A DNA stretch of 60,263 bases, counting the filler. It is 5 parts of 5 records of this genome, joined end to end, with 100 filler letters (N's around TTAATTAATTAA, not from the genome) between each part and the next. Parts side by side here need not be neighbours in the genome. Positions count along the whole stretch, not along the records: positions 31,978 to 46,423 come from SRR2962707_1072; positions 46,524 to 52,067 come from SRR2962707_1078; 3 more parts are not named here. One strand, 5' to 3'. Shown here in pieces: positions 38,642 through 48,733 of this stretch. Position numbers and translations under genes: made by a program. Below the pieces are notes generated by a model. That model ran no database searches. It saw only the letters and a list, made by a program, of their open reading frames with translations, and had not been told where the DNA came from. Position 1 is the first letter of the stretch. The number at the start of each line of letters is the position of its first letter.

Positions 38642-39396
38642 TTGGCGGTGTATCCCCCATCGACGAAAAGAACCTGTCCGGTTACATAGGTCGAAGCATC
38701 GGAGGCCAGAAACAGAAGCGGTCCCTCGATGTCTGCCATCTCGCCATTGCGGCCGATGCAGGTCGATGCCGCATGCTTTGCAGAAACCTCAGCGTCCGCG
38801 AACACCGGGCCGGTGAGCTCAGTCGGGAAGAACCCCGGTGCCAGCGCATTGGCGTTGATGCCGTCTTTCGACCAGGCCTCGGCCATGGCGCGGGTCATCT
38901 GTTCGACCCCGCCCTTCGATGCGCCATAGGCAATGCCGTTGGTAAACGCCCGGCGCGATTGCAGCGAAGCGAAATTGATGATCCGGCCCCAGCCTCTTTC
39001 ACGCATGGCCGGAACCAGCGCCTGGGCCAGGAAAAACGGAACCGAAAGATTGAGCGCGATTGTGCGCTCCCAACCTTCAGGCGTTACCGCATCAGCGGAT
39101 TGCCGCAGGTTGAGACCGGCTGCATTGATCAGAATGTTCGGAGGTCCGAACGGTTTAGACGCCTTGGCAACAAGTACTGCGATATCGGCGCCAGCTGCCA
39201 GATCAGCAGTCAGTGCGGCGGTGTCTCCGCCAGCCTCTTGCCGCCATTGCTCAAGGGCATCGGCGCGACGGGCCAGACCGACCACCTGCGCGCCAGCCTG
39301 AGCCAGGAACGTGGCCGCCGCCCGGCCAAGGCCGGAACTTGCGCCGGTCACCAAAGCGACGCGACCGGTTAGATCAAATAAATCACTGCGGCTCAT
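38638..39396 (-). CDS. hpsO: SDR, probable DHPS dehydrogenase HpsO
   Basis: TGASSGLG, YGASK, VDGG; located between hpsN and hpsP. Confidence 0.8.
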   Translation of the reverse strand: MSRSDLFDLTGRVALVTGASSGLGRAAATFLAQAGAQVVGLARRADALEQWRQEAGGDTAALTADLAAGADIAVLVAKASKPFGPPNILINAAGLNLRQSADAVTPEGWERTIALNLSVPFFLAQALVPAMRERGWGRIINFASLQSRRAFTNGIAYGASKGGVEQMTRAMAEAWSKDGINANALAPGFFPTELTGPVFADAEVSAKHAASTCIGRNGEMADIEGPLLFLASDASTYVTGQVLFVDGGYTAK

Positions 39397-39397
39397 G

Positions 39398-40714
39398 TCA
39401 GACGTCCTGACCGGTTCCCGAGAGGTCGAAATTCTCACCGGGGAAATATTTGCGCAGCCTGATGTCGGCAGTGCGGGCATGGCCTTCCATACCCTCGAGC
39501 CGCGAGATCCGCGCCGTCGCTTCGGCGATCGGTTTTGCGCCGTCGCGGGTGGCGCGCTGCCAGGTGACGATCTTCATGAACTTGTGGACCGAGAGCCCAC
39601 CGGTGTAGCGCGCCGCACCCGAGGTCGGCAGCACGTGGTTGGTGCCCGAGGCCTTGTCGCCGAAAGCGACCGTGGTCTCTTCGCCGAGGAACAGCGAACC
39701 GTAACAGCCCAGACGGCCCAGCCACCAGTCGAGATCGGCGGCCTGCACCGTGAGATGCTCGGGCGCGTACTCATCGGACGTCGCTGCCATCTCTTCGCGT
39801 GTGTCGCACAAAATGACTTCGGCAAAATCGCGCCAGGCGGCTTCGGCGTTTTCGCGGTTTACCTGTGGCAGGGAGGAAATCAGCTTCGGCACAAGCGCCA
39901 TCACGGTCTCTGCCAACGGCTTGTTATCGGTGACCAGCCAGACCGGGGAATTGTAGCCATGCTCGGCCTGACCGACGAGGTCGGCAGCAACGATTTCCGC
40001 ATCGGCATCCTTGTCAGCGAGGATCAGGCTGTCGGTGGGGCCGGCGAACATGTCGATGCCGACGCGGCCAAAGAGGATGCGCTTGGCTTCGGCAACGAAC
40101 TGGTTGCCGGGACCGACCAGAATGCCCGATGGCGGCACATCGAAAAGTCCGAACGCCATCGAGGCCACGCCCTGGACGCCGCCCAGCGCGAGAATGCTGT
40201 CGGCACCGCAAATGTCGGCGGTGTAGAGGATCGCCGGATGAACACCGACATCGGGACGTGGCGGCGAACACACGGTGATGTGCTTGCAGCCGGCGACCTT
40301 GGCCGTAGTGACTGTCATGATGGCAGAAGCGACATGGCTGTAGCGGCCGCCGGGCACGTAGCAGCCGGCAGCTTCGATGGGGATGGTTTTCTGTCCGGCA
40401 ATCAACCCCGGAACAATCTCGATCTCGATATCGGTGAGGGTCTTCTTCTGAGCTTCGGCAAACTTGCGGACATTGTCGTGAGCGAAGCGGATATCGTCTT
40501 TCAGCTTTTGCGGAAGACTTGCCGCGGCGGCCTCGATCTCCTCGCGGGTAACAGAGATATTGCCGGTGTAGCGGTCGAATTTCTCGGCATAGCGGCGCGC
40601 CGCGGCCTCACCGCCGGTTTCGATTTCGTCGAGGATCGCCTGCACTGTGTCGCGGACAGAGCCTGAATCGGAGGTTGAGGTTTTGGCGGCTTTCTTGAGA
40701 TAGATACGGGACAT
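39398..40714 (-). CDS. hpsN: Sulfopropanediol 3-dehydrogenase HpsN (histidinol dehydrogenase family)
   Basis: HisD-like motifs YVPGGR, GPGN, AGPTD, QAEH, APEH, GTNHVLPT, EGMEGHA; context is TRAP + SDR + ADH, with no his genes. Confidence 0.9.
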   Translation of the reverse strand: MSRIYLKKAAKTSTSDSGSVRDTVQAILDEIETGGEAAARRYAEKFDRYTGNISVTREEIEAAAASLPQKLKDDIRFAHDNVRKFAEAQKKTLTDIEIEIVPGLIAGQKTIPIEAAGCYVPGGRYSHVASAIMTVTTAKVAGCKHITVCSPPRPDVGVHPAILYTADICGADSILALGGVQGVASMAFGLFDVPPSGILVGPGNQFVAEAKRILFGRVGIDMFAGPTDSLILADKDADAEIVAADLVGQAEHGYNSPVWLVTDNKPLAETVMALVPKLISSLPQVNRENAEAAWRDFAEVILCDTREEMAATSDEYAPEHLTVQAADLDWWLGRLGCYGSLFLGEETTVAFGDKASGTNHVLPTSGAARYTGGLSVHKFMKIVTWQRATRDGAKPIAEATARISRLEGMEGHARTADIRLRKYFPGENFDLSGTGQDV

Positions 40715-40727
40715 GTCTCCGGTCCTC

Positions 40728-42056
40728 CTATTGATAGATTGCGGGCAGCAGGCTGGTCGACAGCGCCGGAACAAAAGCGATGAGCAGAACCACGATCAGC
40801 ATGAAGAATACGAAGGGGATTGCCTGCCAGGCTATTCTCAGGATTGATTCACCGGTAATGCCAGATACGACGAACAGGTTGAGCCCGAGCGGCGGGGTGA
40901 TAAATCCGACACCGAGTGCGGTGATCATCATGATACAGAACTGGATTTCGTTCATGCCGATATTGTCGGCGAGCGGCTTGAGGATCGGCGCCAGGATGAC
41001 GATGTTGGGCGTTGTCTCCATGACGCAGCCGGCGGCAATCAGGATGAAGATCATCATCAGGATGATGATCCTCGGATCATCGCTGAGCGACGTCACCGCC
41101 CCGACAAAGCCCTGCGGCACGCCCATGATGGCCAGCGCCTGAGCCAGCGGCAGCGAAAAGGCGATGATCGGCAAGATGACGCCCACCACCTTGGCCGAGC
41201 TGAGCAACATTGTCGGGAAGTCCGACAGGCTCAGCGTCTTGAGCACAAACCCCATGATGATGGTCACGACCACTGCCGTGGCGCCGGCTTCTGTCGGTGT
41301 CAGGCGGCCGGAGAAGATACCGTAGAAGATGATGCCGGGAACCAGGAAGGCGTACCAGCCCGAGGCCAGGGTCTTGCCGAGATTGCGGCTCCACTCGCCG
41401 AACGTCATCGGCTCGCCGCCCTCGTATTTGTAGATCCGGTTGACCACCAGATTGGTGATCAGGATCGAGGTCAGGATGCAAATGCCGGGAATGAGGGCTG
41501 CCAGGAACAAGGTAGAGGCTGAAATGCCGAGCACCAGACCGATGATGATGTAGGCGATCGAAGGCGGGATGAGGATGCCGGTGCAGGCGCCCGCGGCAAC
41601 CAGGGCACAGGCATAGGGGCGCGGATAACCGCTTTCGACCAACCGGGCGATGGTCATGCGGCCGACGGCGGCGGCTCCCGCGGCGTCGGAGCCGGAGATC
41701 GCCGAGAACATGCCGCAGACCAGCACCGTGGCCGAGCCGAATCCGCCCTTGGTCCAGCAGGTGAGCGCCTCGGCGACATCAAGAAACTTGCGGCTCAGCC
41801 CGGTGCGCACCAGCACGTCGCCGGTGAGAACGAACAGCGGGATGGCGGTGAGCGCAAAGGCATCGATTCCATCAAAAAGGGATTCGCCGACCAGTGACAA
41901 CGGAAGAGCGCCGGACATCAAGAGCATGATGATTGCGGCCGAGCCGATGGCTGCCCAGACGGGAATGGCGAGTGCGCACAGAAAAACGAAGACCAGAACC
42001 GGGGCATAGAAATCCCAGCCCAGTTCGACGGCAGCTAATTGCTGGTTCCACAACAT
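40728..42056 (-). CDS. hpsM: TRAP transporter large permease (DctM), HpsM
   Basis: AIPLFVLTG, ISGS, GILIPPSI, TPTEA, ITPPLGLNLFV. Confidence 0.88.
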   Translation of the reverse strand: MLWNQQLAAVELGWDFYAPVLVFVFLCALAIPVWAAIGSAAIIMLLMSGALPLSLVGESLFDGIDAFALTAIPLFVLTGDVLVRTGLSRKFLDVAEALTCWTKGGFGSATVLVCGMFSAISGSDAAGAAAVGRMTIARLVESGYPRPYACALVAAGACTGILIPPSIAYIIIGLVLGISASTLFLAALIPGICILTSILITNLVVNRIYKYEGGEPMTFGEWSRNLGKTLASGWYAFLVPGIIFYGIFSGRLTPTEAGATAVVVTIIMGFVLKTLSLSDFPTMLLSSAKVVGVILPIIAFSLPLAQALAIMGVPQGFVGAVTSLSDDPRIIILMMIFILIAAGCVMETTPNIVILAPILKPLADNIGMNEIQFCIMMITALGVGFITPPLGLNLFVVSGITGESILRIAWQAIPFVFFMLIVVLLIAFVPALSTSLLPAIYQ

Positions 42057-42065
42057 GGTCTTGCC

Positions 42066-42581
42066 TCAATCAAACAGCTGGTTGCCTTCGAACACCGGCT
42101 TGCCGGTTCGAAGTGCGATGACGTCATGGATGAAGGACTGGATCAGCCGGGCGATCATCAGCGTGAAGCCGACCGGCACCGCCATCAGGAACCACACCAT
42201 GGAAATGCGCAGACCGTGACTGACGGAGCCGAATTTCCAGGAGACTGCGACGGTTTCGAACGACCAGTAGAGTCCGACCAGCGCCACGGCGAACATGACC
42301 ACGTCACCGAGCATGTAGATGAAAGCCTTGCCGCGCGGACCGAGGTAATGAACGATCACATCAATGCGAATATGGGCGCGCTCGCGCACCGCCGAAGCGG
42401 CACCGATCCAGGCGAGATAGATAAAGGAATAGCGCACAACCTCCTCGCCCCAGATGGAGGAGTAGGCGAAGACCTCACGGCGGATGACCTCCACCGACAT
42501 TGTCACCACCAGCAGCACGTAAAAGACCAGCAAGGCCCAGCGCTCCGCGTTTTTGTCCAATGCTCTTAGAAATCCGGGCAC
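42066..42581 (-). CDS. hpsL: TRAP transporter small permease (DctQ), HpsL
   Basis: WGEEVVRY, HIRID, four TM; GTG start with AGGAGG RBS. Confidence 0.86.
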   Translation of the reverse strand: MPGFLRALDKNAERWALLVFYVLLVVTMSVEVIRREVFAYSSIWGEEVVRYSFIYLAWIGAASAVRERAHIRIDVIVHYLGPRGKAFIYMLGDVVMFAVALVGLYWSFETVAVSWKFGSVSHGLRISMVWFLMAVPVGFTLMIARLIQSFIHDVIALRTGKPVFEGNQLFD

Positions 42582-42690
42582 GTCTATCCCCTCCTGCGTG
42601 ATGCCGTCCGGCAAAACCGCGACTGTTCAAGCTGGTATGAAAGACCTTCTGGTGAAGCCGGCGCCCTGTTGAAGCGCCGGCAAGTGCTGG

Positions 42691-43842
42691 TCAGGCGTCG
42701 TGGACGTAGTAGCGGCCCATGGTGCTGGCGGCTTCATCGAGCTTGTCGAAGACATCCATGGAACCGGCAAGCTCGGTCTTGAAGCTGTCCCATTCAGGCT
42801 TCTGATAACCGCCGGCATCCTGCCACATGGCCAGTTGATCCTGGCTCAGCGAGTGGAACTCCACTCCGGATTTGGCAAGCTCCGACATAGCATAAGCGCG
42901 GGCCGCAGGGACCTTGGCGAGGTTCTGCTGGGCGGTGATCTCGCCTGCAAACTCGATACCCTGCTGGACGTCGGCCGGCAGGCTGTTGAACCATTCAAGG
43001 TTCATCGAAAAGACCTGGCTATCCGGCACGGCTTGAGTGAAGGTCACATGGCTCAGGATATCCTTGAAGCCAAAGACGTAGAGAGCGCCGACCGACGGAT
43101 CGAGTGCATCGGCAACGCCCTGCTTGATCGCAGACGGGGTTTCACCCCAGGCCACCGGCGTCGGGTTGGCGCCGACCATGCGGTAATATTGCTGCAGCAT
43201 GGCAGAGCCCGGCACGCGGAACTTGACGCCTGCCATGTCGGCCGGCGAGATCACGGCATTGCCGCCCTTGCGTACAGCCACGACCCGTGGATCGATGACG
43301 ACATAAAACAGCGGCTTGAAACCGGCTGCCTCGATCTTCGGATGCACTTCGGATTTCCAGGCATCTGATGTGACCAGATTGACGAATTTCTGGTTGGCGC
43401 CGCAGAAATAAGGAAGATTGATCAAATCCGCTGCAGGCGCGAAAGGCGCAAAGTTCGACAGCGAATGCTGTGCCGCCTGAATGGTGCCGCCCTGTACCTT
43501 TTGAACCAGGGCGCCACCGGCGCCGAGCTGACCGCCGGGGGCAAGCTTGACATAGACCTTGCCATTGGTGGCGTTCTGGATGTTTTCCTTGAGGTCGAGC
43601 TGCATGATCGGATAGCTGCGCGACGCGCCCAGAACATAGGCGGTGGCAATCGTCATGGTGTGCTCGGCAGCAGCCTGACGGTCCTTTTCTTCTTTTGCAG
43701 TCTGGGCCACGGCCTCTTCGGACCAAAGCGTGCCAGCGGCTCCGGCAACGAGCGCTGCGGTGAACGCTCCCTTGCCGGTCAATTTGAGAAAGTTGCGCCT
43801 TGCGGCGGAAGCCAGCTCATCATTCAGGATCTTGTCTGTCAT
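42691..43842 (-). CDS. hpsK: TRAP substrate-binding protein (DctP) with Tat signal, HpsK
   Basis: ARRNFLK twin-arginine signal, KFRVP, GANPTPVAWGE, QGVADA. Confidence 0.88.
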   Translation of the reverse strand: MTDKILNDELASAARRNFLKLTGKGAFTAALVAGAAGTLWSEEAVAQTAKEEKDRQAAAEHTMTIATAYVLGASRSYPIMQLDLKENIQNATNGKVYVKLAPGGQLGAGGALVQKVQGGTIQAAQHSLSNFAPFAPAADLINLPYFCGANQKFVNLVTSDAWKSEVHPKIEAAGFKPLFYVVIDPRVVAVRKGGNAVISPADMAGVKFRVPGSAMLQQYYRMVGANPTPVAWGETPSAIKQGVADALDPSVGALYVFGFKDILSHVTFTQAVPDSQVFSMNLEWFNSLPADVQQGIEFAGEITAQQNLAKVPAARAYAMSELAKSGVEFHSLSQDQLAMWQDAGGYQKPEWDSFKTELAGSMDVFDKLDEAASTMGRYYVHDA

Positions 43843-44069
43843 CGGGTTTCCTCCTCCCTTTGAAGTGTCGTGGATTCATCACCCTTCTCCTGCCCCTCGA
43901 GCAGAAGAATTCCGGCGACAAAGAAACTGCAGGAGATTGCAAGCACCAAGGCTTCCATCACATCGGACAGGAAGGCGGCGCGGAAAAATGCACCTGCCGT
44001 TACGTCGGCGATGAACAGCACCATTAACAGGGCCGCTATCCAGAATGCCGATTTTCCCGCTTGCGTCAT
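43839..44069 (-). CDS. 76-aa two-TM hypothetical protein heading the hps operon
   Basis: GGAGG RBS, ATG at 44069, stop overlaps hpsK start (ATGA), FLSDVMEALVL motif. Confidence 0.72.
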   Translation of the reverse strand: MTQAGKSAFWIAALLMVLFIADVTAGAFFRAAFLSDVMEALVLAISCSFFVAGILLLEGQEKGDESTTLQREEETR

Positions 44070-44092
44070 GACCCCTCCCAAGGTTCCAACAC

Positions 44093-44136
44093 GATTAATG
44101 TAAGCGCTTACATTGATTAATGCAAGCGCTTACATC
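44093..44136. promoter_or_regulatory. Tandem LacI-family operators (predicted HpsR sites)
   Basis: Perfect palindrome AATGTAAGCGCTTACATT (44097-44114) and a near-perfect copy 22 bp downstream, in the divergent intergenic region. Confidence 0.88.
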
Positions 44137-44179
44137 GTGCATCTGTTAGTGTTGATGTATAGGGATCGGAAGAGGGGCC

Positions 44180-45208
44180 ATGAACGACTTTGTAAAACCA
44201 ACGCTGGATGATGTGGCGCGTGCGGCAGGAGTGTCCACAGCGACGGTATCACGCTGCCTGAACGCCCCGGACCGGGTGATTGCGCCAACACGCGAAAAGG
44301 TAATGAAGGCTGTTGACGCCTTGGGCTATACGCCGGATTTTGGCGGGCGGGCGCTGGCCTCGCGGCGCACCAACACGGTTGGCGCCATCATTCCGACCAT
44401 GGACAATGCGATTTTTGCGCGCGGTCTGCAGTCGTTTCAGGAAGCACTGTCAAAATTCGGCAAGACCTTGCTGGTGGCAAGCTCAGGATATTCCCCGGCG
44501 CGCGAGCGCGAGCAGATGGAAGTGATGGCCAGCCGGGGCGTGGACGGGGTCTTGCTGATCGGTTCGGCGCGTCCCGAGAGCAGCGTCGAGTTCCTGCGTC
44601 GCCGCGGCATTCCTTTTCTCGGTGCCTGGAACCTTGGCAGCAGCGAGGGCTATTTCGTCGGCTTCGACAACCGCGCGGCTGCTGCCGGGCTGACTGAAAA
44701 GGTTCTCTCCCAAGGCCATCGCCGACTCGCCATGATCGCCGGCATTACAGAGATGAACGACCGCGCCGCTGACCGGATGGAAGGCGTGCTGGCCGCCGCC
44801 GAACTGGCCGGAATCGGCCGCGAGCAACTGCCGGTGATCGAAGCGGCCTACACCTTTGACGACGGAGCGCGGGCTTTCGGCGAACTGATGGCGCTTTCGC
44901 CACGTCCGACAGTGGTGATGTGCGGCAATGACGTGCTTGCCGTGGGCGCCATGCAGAAAGCCCGCGAGCTTGGTCTGCGGGTGCCTGAAGATGTGTCAAT
45001 TACCGGATTTGACGACATTGACCTGGCCAGCGTCGTCGCCCCGAAACTGACCACCGTCCGGGTACCGCACCGGCGCATGGGAGAAGCGGCTGCCGAAATG
45101 CTGATCAAACTGATGGACAAGCGACCCGTGGAGCGGCAGATCGCAATTCCGACGGCGATCGTCGAGCGCGGAACACTTGGTCCGCCACCTGGCGGTAACC
45201 GGGACTGA
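44180..45208 (+). CDS. hpsR: LacI family transcriptional regulator, probable HpsR
   Basis: TLDDVARAAGVSTATVSRCLN HTH, VPEDVSITGFDD, LTTV; divergent from the hps operon. Confidence 0.85.
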   Translation: MNDFVKPTLDDVARAAGVSTATVSRCLNAPDRVIAPTREKVMKAVDALGYTPDFGGRALASRRTNTVGAIIPTMDNAIFARGLQSFQEALSKFGKTLLVASSGYSPAREREQMEVMASRGVDGVLLIGSARPESSVEFLRRRGIPFLGAWNLGSSEGYFVGFDNRAAAAGLTEKVLSQGHRRLAMIAGITEMNDRAADRMEGVLAAAELAGIGREQLPVIEAAYTFDDGARAFGELMALSPRPTVVMCGNDVLAVGAMQKARELGLRVPEDVSITGFDDIDLASVVAPKLTTVRVPHRRMGEAAAEMLIKLMDKRPVERQIAIPTAIVERGTLGPPPGGNRD

Positions 45209-45231
45209 ACACTCCCGCCCTCACCACTGAA

Positions 45232-46423
45232 TCAGTGAAAATTCCGCCCCTTCGGCAAGGCACGGCCCGCCGCCCTGACTGTCGCCAGTTCCTCGTAATC
45301 CTGACGCAGTTCCGGTGCATCCCGGATCAGCCTGATGATCTGCGCGGCAGGTTTGCGGTCGCGGCCGCGCATGTCGTCGATCGGGCGGCGCACCTCGTCG
45401 GCATTGGCGAGCCCGCCCATCTCGCCCGCCATGTCGGAAATCTGCGCCATCATCGGGGTCAGGTCCTCGAGATATTCGGCCACGACATGGATGACACCTT
45501 GCTCGTTTTGCAGCTTGCCGCGTACGCCGACGCAGCGGCTGCCGAGAACAATGGCGCGGAATTTCTCGAACACCTTGGGCCAGACGATGATGTTGGCGAC
45601 GCCGGTTTCGTCCTCGATGGTCTCGAACACCACGCCCTTGGCCGAGCCCGGACGTTGCCTGACCAGCACAAGGCCTGAGACCTTGACCACCCTACCGCTG
45701 CGGATGTCCTGCAGGTCAGAATTGGGCCGGCAGCCATTGCGGGCCAGGCGCTCACGCAGGAACGACATCGGGTGCGCCTTCAGGGAAAATGACAGTGACT
45801 GGTAATCATTGATCACCTGCTCGCCCAGCGGCATTGGCGGCAGGTCGACATCGGGTTCCTTCTGCAGATCTTGCGTGTCGGCAAGGGCGAACAGCGGCAA
45901 TCGTTCGGCGCTCGAGAGCGGATCGAGCGCCTTGACCGCCCACAGCGCGTCACGCCGGTCGAGCCCGATGGAGCGGAAGCAATCAGCCTCGGCCAGTTGT
46001 TCAATGGCGCGGCGCGGCAGGCCGGAGCGCATCCACAGATCGCGGACGCTGTCATAGCCACGGCCGCGGTTTTGCATGAGTTGCAAGGCTTCGGCCTCGC
46101 CAAATCCCTTGACGTGGCGCAGCCCCAGCCGCACCGCGTGGCTATGCTTCATGATGGTCTTCATCTCGCGATGCCGGGCTGACAGCGGCTGCGGATCGGC
46201 ATCCGGCTCCAGTGTGCAGTCACGGTCCGAGCAGTTGATATCGACCGGCCGGATCTCGACACCATGCTCGCGGGCATCGCGGATCAGCTGGGCGGAGGCG
46301 TAAAATCCCATCGGCTGGGAGTTGAGAATGGCGGCGCAAAAGACGTCCGGATAATGGCATTTGAGCCAGCAGGAGACATAGACCAGCAGCGCGAAACTGG
46401 CCGCATGGCTTTCGGGAAAGCCA
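45232..46423 (-). CDS. dnaE2: Error-prone DNA polymerase DnaE2, C-terminal part (5' truncated)
   Basis: GFPESHAASFALLVY, NSQPMGFY, RQRPGSAKGVVF.TIEDETG, C-terminal GRNFH. Confidence 0.94.
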
Positions 46424-46523
46424 NNNNNNNNNNNNNNNNNNNNNNNNNNNNNNNNNNNNNNNNNNNNTTAATTAATTAANNNNNNNNNNNNNNNNNNNNN
46501 NNNNNNNNNNNNNNNNNNNNNNN
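46424..46523. other. Artificial contig spacer
   Basis: N-run + TTAATTAATTAA + N-run. Confidence 0.98.
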
Positions 46524-46553
46524 GGTTGGTTGGATGGATGGATGGATGGATGG
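46524..46553. repeat. (GGAT)n microsatellite at contig end
   Basis: Seen directly. Confidence 0.9.
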
Positions 46554-46594
46554 CTGACTGCTCCTTACTTGCTTCTTTGAAAGTCGAAGCGTAG

Positions 46595-48733
46595 GTGCTC
46601 TCCGGTTCGACCGCGATGTCTGCCACGTCCGCCGCCGCCGCTGCTGCCTCACCAAACGGTCCAGCATCCTCGTCCCCTTCGCCCTCCTCGAAATCCTTGC
46701 TGGCACTGCCCACGGCTTTTTCAGCAGCCTCGACAGTGAAAGCACCGTTATTCTCGCCGGCCCCACCAGCAGCAACAGCAACAGCAACAACGAAGTCTGT
46801 GACGTCGTCTTCGTCGTCTTCGCCGGCAGCGGGCCATTCTTCAAATCTGTCGCCGAGGTCTGCGGCCGCAGCACTAGCTCTGTCAGCGTCTCTGTCGGCG
46901 CTTGGAGGAGGTCGCATACTAAAGGACCGCCTTGGGTACCCGATTTACGAGAACGGGTCGCTGGTTCCACCATCCCACCTGCATGGCTCCACTTTGGCGC
47001 GCTCCTCCGCCGCGTCGTTTGTGGTCCGCCGCGGTTCAAAAAAGACACTTCCTCTTGGTGCCGCAACTGCTGATGCTGCCTCGTCGTCGACGTCGTTTAC
47101 TTCATCACTTCCCTTTCCAACGTCCAGGCAACGCGCACGCTCCGCCAACAATTTGTTTTCTCGTCGCGGGCAGGCCGAGAGCGACAGAGCGAGCGGCGTT
47201 GCCAGCCGCCTTGACTTTGACGAAGCAAGCAGAGAGCCCTCTACCACTGACGCGCCAAGCGGCGACGCTTCTGCCACGACTGCCAACAGCAGCGGTGCAG
47301 CCGGAGGGGTCACCGGCCACGCAAGCTCTGCACCCACTCGAAGGCATCGAAACTATGTCCTGGAAAATATCCGTGACGCGAAGGAGACTCTTCGCGTGAA
47401 CCACAAGTTGCCACCGAAAGTGCACATTCGTGCCGAGCTGCCAAAGGAGGTGTTTGGCGAAGATTACAAGTTGCGCCCCTACAAAAGCCAAAAGCAACAG
47501 AGCACCGAACGTACGCAGCGTTTCATGGAAACTTTTCGTGCGTCAGTGGCACGCGCGCAGGAGCTTCATGAGCCCGTCGGCAACACGAGCCGAGACGTGT
47601 ACGCCCCGCACTTTCGCGATCTTTGGTTTCCGGTTCTTCAGCCCAACGTGCCCGAGGAAGACAGTCCGCTCCGTCGCTCCTATGATCTTTCCGGTGGACT
47701 GAGGACGACCCGCGTCAAATGGCGAGCAGGCAACCGACGCAAACGCCATCTGCAGCGCGTAAATCACAACCAACCCCGCGACAACAGACTTCCCGAGCGA
47801 GAATTCAGTCGTCCCCCTGCTGCCGGTTCTGTAACGTCGTTTAACCAGGCCCTGGAGCTGTCAATGAGCGCGGCAGCAAAGGTCCCAAGCCAGCTGACTG
47901 CATCGAATGGAAGTGCAGATGAGGACTGGAAGACCGCGATGCACGAGGCCGAGTCTGAAAAAAATGAACGTGAAGACGACCAAAGCACTTTCTTAACTGA
48001 AGCTCCTCCACTGTTAGCATGCCCGCCGACCCGAACAGAAGCCACGCAGCAGTTGTATTCTTTCTTCGACCGTGTAATTCGGGTTGGTCACAACTTCCTG
48101 CACCTCAAGGCAGCGCTGCGTGAGCGCGACCTCGAGAAGGTTGGGTTTGTGTCGTGGGAAGATTTTATCGTGGTGCTCGAGGCGCTCCATTGGCAGTTCA
48201 CAGATCAAGAGCGCCTGCGCTTCAAGGTGCTGCTGGAAGCCACTCGAATCGTGAAACCAGGATTTGCGAGCGGCAGTCCGAGTTCAAGCCGTCAGTCCAG
48301 CCGCAATAGTCACCCTCAATCTGCGCATGAGGTTGGCGCGAAAAAACGATGGGTCGTAGATTATATCAGTTTTGTACTTTCGATACGGTCGTGGCAACGT
48401 GAACGTGGCGTGTCCCAGAGTCGCCAGCGAGTTGCCGAAGGTTCACACCCTCGGAGTAGCCACTCAACGGGACATGGTGCACAAGGGAATGACCTGCCCC
48501 AGGGTGGTCCCTCACCTTCCCTCCTTCGTCCATTGCAACAGCAAGTCAGCCACACACAGACGAGAGCCCGATCAACACCAACTCGAGTGCGCCCGCACAG
48601 GTCGCCGAATCGTTTGAATGGAAAGCATCGCGGAAGTGGGCGACGTGGTCGCAAGCTGCGACCCGTCGGCATAACCGACCCGTCATACCGAATCGACCCA
48701 GTGCTTGAATCCATGTTGGGCACGCGTTCATGA
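46595..48733 (+). CDS. Eukaryotic low-complexity protein with a degenerate EF-hand-like region, possibly the last exon of a longer gene
   Basis: 712-codon ORF; DLEKVGFVSWEDF and VVDYISFV resemble EF-hand loops; preceded by CTGAC, pyrimidine tract and TAG (possible acceptor); AATAAA downstream. Confidence 0.6.
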   Translation: MLSGSTAMSATSAAAAAASPNGPASSSPSPSSKSLLALPTAFSAASTVKAPLFSPAPPAATATATTKSVTSSSSSSPAAGHSSNLSPRSAAAALALSASLSALGGGRILKDRLGYPIYENGSLVPPSHLHGSTLARSSAASFVVRRGSKKTLPLGAATADAASSSTSFTSSLPFPTSRQRARSANNLFSRRGQAESDRASGVASRLDFDEASREPSTTDAPSGDASATTANSSGAAGGVTGHASSAPTRRHRNYVLENIRDAKETLRVNHKLPPKVHIRAELPKEVFGEDYKLRPYKSQKQQSTERTQRFMETFRASVARAQELHEPVGNTSRDVYAPHFRDLWFPVLQPNVPEEDSPLRRSYDLSGGLRTTRVKWRAGNRRKRHLQRVNHNQPRDNRLPEREFSRPPAAGSVTSFNQALELSMSAAAKVPSQLTASNGSADEDWKTAMHEAESEKNEREDDQSTFLTEAPPLLACPPTRTEATQQLYSFFDRVIRVGHNFLHLKAALRERDLEKVGFVSWEDFIVVLEALHWQFTDQERLRFKVLLEATRIVKPGFASGSPSSSRQSSRNSHPQSAHEVGAKKRWVVDYISFVLSIRSWQRERGVSQSRQRVAEGSHPRSSHSTGHGAQGNDLPQGGPSPSLLRPLQQQVSHTQTRARSTPTRVRPHRSPNRLNGKHRGSGRRGRKLRPVGITDPSYRIDPVLESMLGTRS

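Noticed and set aside
39398..40714. hisD (histidine biosynthesis)
   Set aside because: No his genes nearby; the TRAP/SDR/ADH/LacI context fits HpsN.
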